Shown in pieces: positions 58,976 through 64,000 of a stretch of 64,000 bases of DNA (positions are counted from its first letter, which is position 1; each line of letters starts with the position of its first letter). Both the position numbers and the translations under genes were made by a program. Under the pieces are notes generated by a model, which saw only the letters and a program-made list of their open reading frames with translations, made no database searches and had not been told where the DNA came from. The stretch comes from an uncultured virus (IMG/VR IMGVR_UViG_3300042891_001399) (lineage: Duplodnaviria; Heunggongvirae; Uroviricota; Caudoviricetes): the IMG/VR virus record IMGVR_UViG_3300042891_001399, one strand, 5' to 3'.

Positions 58976-59812
58976 ATGAAAAACACTTTAGCGTACAACT
59001 CTCTCGTTCAGAAAATGAGAGAATTTTTTTTGTCAAAAAACTTCGTAGAAGTTCCGACACAATCAAGACTGTCTATCTTAGCAGCTTGTGAAAACCCTCA
59101 CTCAATCGCCACTTTCAACTACAATGGTGAAATTTGGCCTCTTCCACAAACAGGACAAATGTGGTTAGAACATGAATTACTAAATAACCCTCATTGGGAT
59201 GGATGCTTTTGTATCTCAACTTCTTATCGTCAAGAAAAGAATCCTATTGCTGGTAGACACGAACTAATCTTCCCTATGTTTGAATTTGAATCAAAAGGCG
59301 GAATGGAAGAATTACTTAAATTAGAGTCAGAATTATTAGCACACTTAGGATTTAATTCACCAGTAGAAGTAAACTATGATGATGTTTGTCAAGAATATGG
59401 TGGTGTTGAAATTCTAGAAGATGAACACGAAAGTAGAATGTGGAAAGAAAAAGGATCTGTAGTTTCTTTGCAACATTTTCCATTGAGAACTAATCCTTTT
59501 TGGAATATGAAACACAATGAAACTAACATCTTTAATAAAGTAGATGTTATTCTTTATGGTCAAGAAACAATTGGATCAGCAGAAAGAAGTTGTGATGTAG
59601 AAGAAATGAAACATAATTTCTATACAATTGAAAACGGTAAATATGCTGCTAAGTTATTTGAATTATTCGGTAAAGAAAGAGTTGAAACTGAACTAGAACA
59701 ATTCTTATCTTATGATTTCTTCCCAAGATTTGGTGGAGGAATTGGATTAACTAGAATGGCAAGAGCTTGGGAGTTACTAACAACAGAAAAAGAAGTTGAA
59801 GAATTAGTATAA
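58976..59812 (+). CDS. Class II aaRS catalytic-core paralog (AsnRS/AspRS-like, no anticodon-binding domain)
   Basis: Motif 1 MREFF...FVEVPT, LPQTGQMWLE, motif 2 SYRQE...RH..IF.MFEFE, motif 3 GGGIGLTR. Confidence 0.85.
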   Translation: MKNTLAYNSLVQKMREFFLSKNFVEVPTQSRLSILAACENPHSIATFNYNGEIWPLPQTGQMWLEHELLNNPHWDGCFCISTSYRQEKNPIAGRHELIFPMFEFESKGGMEELLKLESELLAHLGFNSPVEVNYDDVCQEYGGVEILEDEHESRMWKEKGSVVSLQHFPLRTNPFWNMKHNETNIFNKVDVILYGQETIGSAERSCDVEEMKHNFYTIENGKYAAKLFELFGKERVETELEQFLSYDFFPRFGGGIGLTRMARAWELLTTEKEVEELV

Positions 59813-59832
59813 TAACTGAAACTGATACAAAT

Positions 59833-59864
59833 AAAAAGAGAGTCATTTTTGACTCTCTTTTTTT
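59833..59864. terminator. Bidirectional intrinsic terminator
   Basis: AAAAAGAGAGTCA-TTTT-TGACTCTC-T7. Confidence 0.75.
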
Positions 59865-60124
59865 ATTTTAATTTTTTCGTAGTGATGTTTAATCTTATCC
59901 TGGTAGATACTTAATATAATATCTTTTATCATTAAAAATGGATTATTACCAGAGAAGTAAAAGTAAAGTCCAAAGCAAAATCCCGCAAGGCAATACAAAA
60001 CTAAGTTGGCACCTAAGTAAGAGCCAGTTAATTTCATCAGCATTATCTGAATAGCGTCGAACCCGAAGGGGTTGAAGAACATCCCCAACATTAGAAACAA
60101 TGTTGCTAGTTTTGTTTTTGTCAT
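59843..60124 (-). CDS. Small membrane protein
   Basis: Two to three hydrophobic segments; FFNPFGFD. Confidence 0.65.
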   Translation of the reverse strand: MTKTKLATLFLMLGMFFNPFGFDAIQIMLMKLTGSYLGANLVLYCLAGFCFGLYFYFSGNNPFLMIKDIILSIYQDKIKHHYEKIKIKKESQK

Positions 60125-60266
60125 TTTTCTTTTTGTTTATCGTGGGACCAGGTTCCATGTTGTTAATAGGTTTTGACTTACGCCTCTCAAACTCTCAATC
60201 AACACACATGAGACGCAGTTATGAAGTATATATTAATTTTACTAATATAATTTTATATATAGTATA

Positions 60267-60917
60267 ATGAAACATTTAAAAAGATTTAATGAATCCAAAG
60301 AAGATGAAAAGTTAGACATCTTAGATAACTTTGCTTACATAACTGATAAACTAGGAGAACCTTCTATAGGTTCACATAGTTATGGTAATGGTACTAAATG
60401 GAATCTTTCATGGGATATTAAATTAGATCTTTCTGTTTTACAAGAAGCTACTCAACTTATTGGAAAGTTAAAAGATATCGTAGAAGAAATTGATGATGTT
60501 CTTTCAGCCGCTGATAGATTAGAAAACTATAATATCAACATGAGTTTAACTAATAGTCTTAGAATTGAATTAGTACCTAAAGATACTGGTGATAATACAT
60601 TTAAATTTATTAAAGGTTATGAAAGTAGACAACTTTATGTTAGAATGAATGAAGTTGAAAGATTTTTTAATTCAAGAGGACTCAGAGTGATTAAATGGGA
60701 TAATGAATCTAGCTACAGTGAGTATAATGAAACTAATGAATTGGAAATATTTTTAAATAAAAGAGATAATCAAGTTATGGTTGAATTTTATAATTTAATT
60801 ATGGCTGAATTAAATCCTTTTAGAGAGGATAGAGAATATCAAGTAAGAAATCAAGGTGATAGTATTGTTATATATCCAACAGAAGAGAAATCTTATGTAG
60901 AAGTTACTACTAAGTAA
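60267..60917 (+). CDS. Hypothetical protein with leader
   Basis: MKHLKRFNES. Confidence 0.75.
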   Translation: MKHLKRFNESKEDEKLDILDNFAYITDKLGEPSIGSHSYGNGTKWNLSWDIKLDLSVLQEATQLIGKLKDIVEEIDDVLSAADRLENYNINMSLTNSLRIELVPKDTGDNTFKFIKGYESRQLYVRMNEVERFFNSRGLRVIKWDNESSYSEYNETNELEIFLNKRDNQVMVEFYNLIMAELNPFREDREYQVRNQGDSIVIYPTEEKSYVEVTTK

Positions 60918-61104
60918 CTCTCATTTTATAAATCTCAATAGTATCATTTTGATATCCTTCAAATAAGTTCTTTCTATCTAAAGTTCCCCTACTAACACCT
61001 AAAGTATTTGTAGAATATTCAGAATACAATTTGCCTAGATTGTTATAGATTTCTATACGACCTGTTAACTTCCATCTAATACATATTAAAGTTGAACTTC
61101 TCAT
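60910..61104 (-). CDS. Small hypothetical protein (possible HTH)
   Basis: LGVSRGTLDR. Confidence 0.45.
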   Translation of the reverse strand: MRSSTLICIRWKLTGRIEIYNNLGKLYSEYSTNTLGVSRGTLDRKNLFEGYQNDTIEIYKMRVT

Positions 61105-61135
61105 GAATTATTATAAATAAAAAAAGAGAGATTGT

Positions 61136-61897
61136 TTAATCCCTCTCTTCCCAAAGTTCACCAACTCCTAAAAGTCTATGTTGAGTTCCATACATATTCA
61201 TGACATCACTTCTATGAAAGTGCCCATAGTAAGCATAATCAGGACTATTATTCATTTTAAGAATGCTAAAAGCCTGTGTTACTTGATTACGTTCAAAAAG
61301 TAAATCAGTTCGTAGTTCAGTATCTCCAGTATCTCGTATAATACCTTCTACAAATGGACCTAAGCCAAAAGTATTATCTGGTGTGCAATAATCTGGACAA
61401 GTGTGAGTTACTATAATATTGATATCTCGTAAGTCCTTGATTTTATCTACATCTAAGACAAATTTTTCATCGGGCCACCAGCTTTCAACTCCTAAAGTAG
61501 TATTTTCAAATATACCTTGTTTTTGTTTCTTTGTGTAACGCCACTCACGATCAACACTGACAGCTCCTCCAATACAAAGAATATTTTTATCAGCTAAGTT
61601 AAGTACAGTATAATCCGCTACTAAATGTATATTAGTAAAACCAAATGGATCATTATCAAAATAAGGTTTGTAGTCATGATTACCACGAATAGCCCAAACA
61701 TGAACATTGTTATTAACAAGTTGAGTATGGTACATTTCAAGCATTCTCTTTTCTTTTTCAAATGTAGCGAAGCCAACACCAAAGTCACCCACTTGAATTA
61801 TGTGTGCGTCTTTAATATCATACATCTTTACATATTGATGTATAACGCTAAAGTTACCATGAATATCACCGAGATACATCAGTTTCATATTTTTCAT
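61136..61897 (-). CDS. Calcineurin-like metallophosphoesterase
   Basis: GDIHG, VGDFG, RGNHD, VTH, GHFH; TATATTTG upstream (61916-61923, minus strand). Confidence 0.9.
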   Translation of the reverse strand: MKNMKLMYLGDIHGNFSVIHQYVKMYDIKDAHIIQVGDFGVGFATFEKEKRMLEMYHTQLVNNNVHVWAIRGNHDYKPYFDNDPFGFTNIHLVADYTVLNLADKNILCIGGAVSVDREWRYTKKQKQGIFENTTLGVESWWPDEKFVLDVDKIKDLRDINIIVTHTCPDYCTPDNTFGLGPFVEGIIRDTGDTELRTDLLFERNQVTQAFSILKMNNSPDYAYYGHFHRSDVMNMYGTQHRLLGVGELWEERD

Positions 61898-61973
61898 ATT
61901 CTATATATTGTTTTACAAATATACAGAATAAAATTTAATATATAGAATATATACATAGAAAAAATTAATAATT

Positions 61974-62711
61974 ATGGAAATAGTAGAAAAAGTTAAGGAA
62001 TTTTATCCAGTAAATGGGTTTAATAAGACAAAAAAGATTTTAAAAATTGGTGATAAAAAATTAAGAAAAATAATACTAGAAAATAAATTAGAAAAAAATA
62101 GTAAAGTGAGAATTGATTTTTTTAATAAAAATTTTGTTTATATACTTGGTCTAATATGGGCTGATGGTTTTCTAGGATTAAAAGGCAATACTGTTTATAT
62201 AGAATGTATTGAAGATGATATGTTAAGATTCAAACCAATGCTTGAAAGTATATCAAATTGGTCTTTCTATAGAAGAGAAAGAGAAAATAAACCTACAATA
62301 AACGCATATCTAACTGATAAAAAATTTTATGATATTTTAGTAGAGAATGATTATTTAAATAAAAGTAAATTTAGTCCAATTAAAATATATTCTAAAATAC
62401 CTGATATTATGAGAAAGTATTTTTTATTAGGTGTGGTTGATGGTGATGGATGCTTTTACTACAACAAAAAACAATATACTCGTCAATTTATAATAACAGG
62501 TAGTATAGAACAGGATTGGTCTTTATTTGAAGATATGCTTAATCAAATTAATGTTAAATTTTCAATAATTAGAAGAGAAAATAAAAATTCAGGATACTCA
62601 CAAATAAGAGTAACAAATAAAAAAGACTTAATTAAGGTAGGTGAATTTATATATGGGGATATGATAGTATTGGATAGAAAATATGAATCTTGGAAACTAT
62701 CAATTAGTTAA
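61974..62711 (+). CDS. Free-standing LAGLIDADG homing endonuclease
   Basis: Two motifs, YILGLIWADG and FLLGVVDGDG. Confidence 0.85.
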   Translation: MEIVEKVKEFYPVNGFNKTKKILKIGDKKLRKIILENKLEKNSKVRIDFFNKNFVYILGLIWADGFLGLKGNTVYIECIEDDMLRFKPMLESISNWSFYRRERENKPTINAYLTDKKFYDILVENDYLNKSKFSPIKIYSKIPDIMRKYFLLGVVDGDGCFYYNKKQYTRQFIITGSIEQDWSLFEDMLNQINVKFSIIRRENKNSGYSQIRVTNKKDLIKVGEFIYGDMIVLDRKYESWKLSIS

Positions 62712-62748
62712 TTAAATTCAGACTTTCCAAATATATTATTATAGTATC

Positions 62749-62765
62749 ATCATGATGTTACATGA
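62749..62765. repeat. 17-nt dyad element ATCATGATGTTACATGA, copy 2
   Basis: Identical to 5993-6009. Confidence 0.7.
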
Positions 62766-62820
62766 AAGCACACCAAAATAACACATATAGTATTTTACTT
62801 TATTTAATATATAAGTTTAT

Positions 62821-63210
62821 ATGAAAAAAATAAAAAAATTCAACACTTTCAATGAAAGTATGGAAAAAGTTGGATCTTACCTTAATGATTTAATTAAAAG
62901 AGGTGGTAAAATGGCATCTGATACTTGGGAAGCTACCAAAATTGAAGGAGAGGAAACTAAGATAGCTATTGAGATTTTATCAAGAATGATAAAAGGAGAA
63001 GAAGTATCTGATAAAGAAAAGAGTTTTCTTAGAGCACAATCTATGGATATTGTTAGAATTTTACCCCTAGTTGCTATCTCTGGGATTCCAATTCCGCTAC
63101 CAATAACACCTTTATTGATAATGCTTGGTAAGAAATATGGTTTTGATTTTTTACCTAAAGACCATAGAGGATTACTAAAAGATGATAAAGATAAACAAAT
63201 AGAAGAATAG
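62821..63210 (+). CDS. Leader-bearing LETM1-like membrane protein
   Basis: MKKIKKFNTFNES; EKSFLRAQSMDIVRILPLVAI..IP....PLLI......FLP. Confidence 0.55.
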   Translation: MKKIKKFNTFNESMEKVGSYLNDLIKRGGKMASDTWEATKIEGEETKIAIEILSRMIKGEEVSDKEKSFLRAQSMDIVRILPLVAISGIPIPLPITPLLIMLGKKYGFDFLPKDHRGLLKDDKDKQIEE

Positions 63211-63663
63211 TTATTTACTCATTAAATATTCAACAACTGATTCCCAATTTGGGAATCTTTCTGTTTTAAAGTGAATCCATTCTCCTTCAAATTCTTCTTG
63301 ACCAGCATTGCCCATATCATCAATAAGATAGTCACCTTTTAAGAAAGATTTATTAGGAGCCATAATTGTTTTCTCAACAATATCAAAACCTAAGTGGTCC
63401 CAAATCCATTGAGCTTTCTCAGTATAACAGTTTACATTTCTAAATGAAGGACGTGTTAAAATCCACAAATCATATTTTTCTTCAAGTTTTCTGAAACCTT
63501 CAATAGCACCAGGAATTTCTTCTAACTTCAAAAAGAATCCCCATTGAGATTGTGGATATTTTTGATTTGGATTTTCTGTAAGAGCTTGTTTTGCGGCTTT
63601 GTAGAAGTTACAAAGAACACCATCCATATCAACATAAACTCTTTTCTTATCTGAAGTTCTCAT
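63211..63663 (-). CDS. 5'(3')-deoxyribonucleotidase (NT5C-type HAD)
   Basis: YVDMDGVL, IPGAIE, EKAQW, GDYLIDD; ATG 63663 preferred. Confidence 0.88.
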   Translation of the reverse strand: MRTSDKKRVYVDMDGVLCNFYKAAKQALTENPNQKYPQSQWGFFLKLEEIPGAIEGFRKLEEKYDLWILTRPSFRNVNCYTEKAQWIWDHLGFDIVEKTIMAPNKSFLKGDYLIDDMGNAGQEEFEGEWIHFKTERFPNWESVVEYLMSK

Positions 63664-63664
63664 A

Positions 63665-63853
63665 CTATAAATATACGGAGTTTTTCCATTCTTTCCAGTT
63701 ATCAAAGTCATTTAATTTAACCAACTCTTCCTCTATTTCTGAAATGATTTGGTCTCTTCTAAGTATATGACTTTCAGTTAGAATATCACCGCTATTTCTC
63801 AAGTCAATTAGTTTATTAACTTCTTTAAGTTCTTTTATTTTATCTTGTATCAT
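63665..63853 (-). CDS. Small hypothetical protein
   Basis: ATG 63853 overlaps the upstream stop (ATGA). Confidence 0.55.
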   Translation of the reverse strand: MIQDKIKELKEVNKLIDLRNSGDILTESHILRRDQIISEIEEELVKLNDFDNWKEWKNSVYL

Positions 63854-64000
63854 AAAATTTGATTTATTTTTTTTTCTCTTACTGATTGTAACCAATTGTA
63901 ATATTTTTCCAATTTAACTACTTCTCCAAATCCTCTAACACTTTTGGATAAATTTATAACTTTAATATCTAACATTTTATTATGAATATCAAATGAATCA
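63850..64000 (-). CDS. C-terminal end of a gene entering from the right, with C-terminal tag
   Basis: Open frame ...KYYNWLQSVREKKINQIL*. Confidence 0.65.
   Translation of the reverse strand, partial: DSFDIHNKMLDIKVINLSKSVRGFGEVVKLEKYYNWLQSVREKKINQIL

Noticed and set aside
5086..61945. Many short antisense or nested ORFs in the track (e.g. 5086, 6435, 7001, 9394, 16843, 31481, 44506, 46876, 46977, 47999, 49970, 50354, 61625)
   Set aside because: They are shadows of well-supported genes on the opposite strand or in another frame, with no motifs or promoter signals
1..64000. Alternative genetic code (stop-codon reassignment, as in some large Bacteroidetes phages)
   Set aside because: Recognisable genes are full length in the standard code, coding density is high, and TAG and TGA occur as genuine stops
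1..64000. tRNA, tmRNA, rRNA genes and CRISPR arrays
   Set aside because: Intergenic gaps are short and AT-rich, and I saw no cloverleaf or repeat-spacer pattern by eye; tRNAscan-SE or Infernal would be needed to exclude them formally

Overview
A very AT-rich, densely coding 64 kb segment of a large T4-like (jumbo) myophage genome, read in the standard genetic code. The host is probably Bacteroidetes, based on TTTG-N19/20-TAnnTTTG promoters and DUF6576-, DUF481- and LETM1-like genes. The window has dispersed T4-type replication genes (UvsY, probable sliding clamp, only the C-terminal half of a split family-B polymerase, gp61-like primase, UvsW). It has a baseplate module (gp5-, gp27- and gp53-like proteins with GH19, NlpC/CHAP-like and YkuD-like wall-hydrolase domains), lysis and fibre genes, and free-standing HNH and LAGLIDADG endonucleases. 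Host-like genes include NadM-Nudix, a PLP aminotransferase, NAMPT, PPK2, IF3, ClpP, an FKBP PPIase, an AsnRS-like core, several phosphoesterases, an amidoligase and an RlaP-like nucleotidyltransferase. The most striking unexplained structure is a window-wide sorting logic. (i) About 19 mostly unrelated proteins, many of them enzymes, carry an N-terminal MK(H/K)xKxF..(N)E leader resembling the T4 capsid-targeting sequence, and most sit behind a TAATATATA late-type promoter often only 4-8 nt from the ATG. (ii) A non-overlapping set of about 10 small proteins carries a C-terminal R-x-x-K-I-x-x-I-L tag. (iii) Three promoter classes track these groups. I saw no tRNA, rRNA or CRISPR array. All family assignments come from motif recognition by eye, not database searches.
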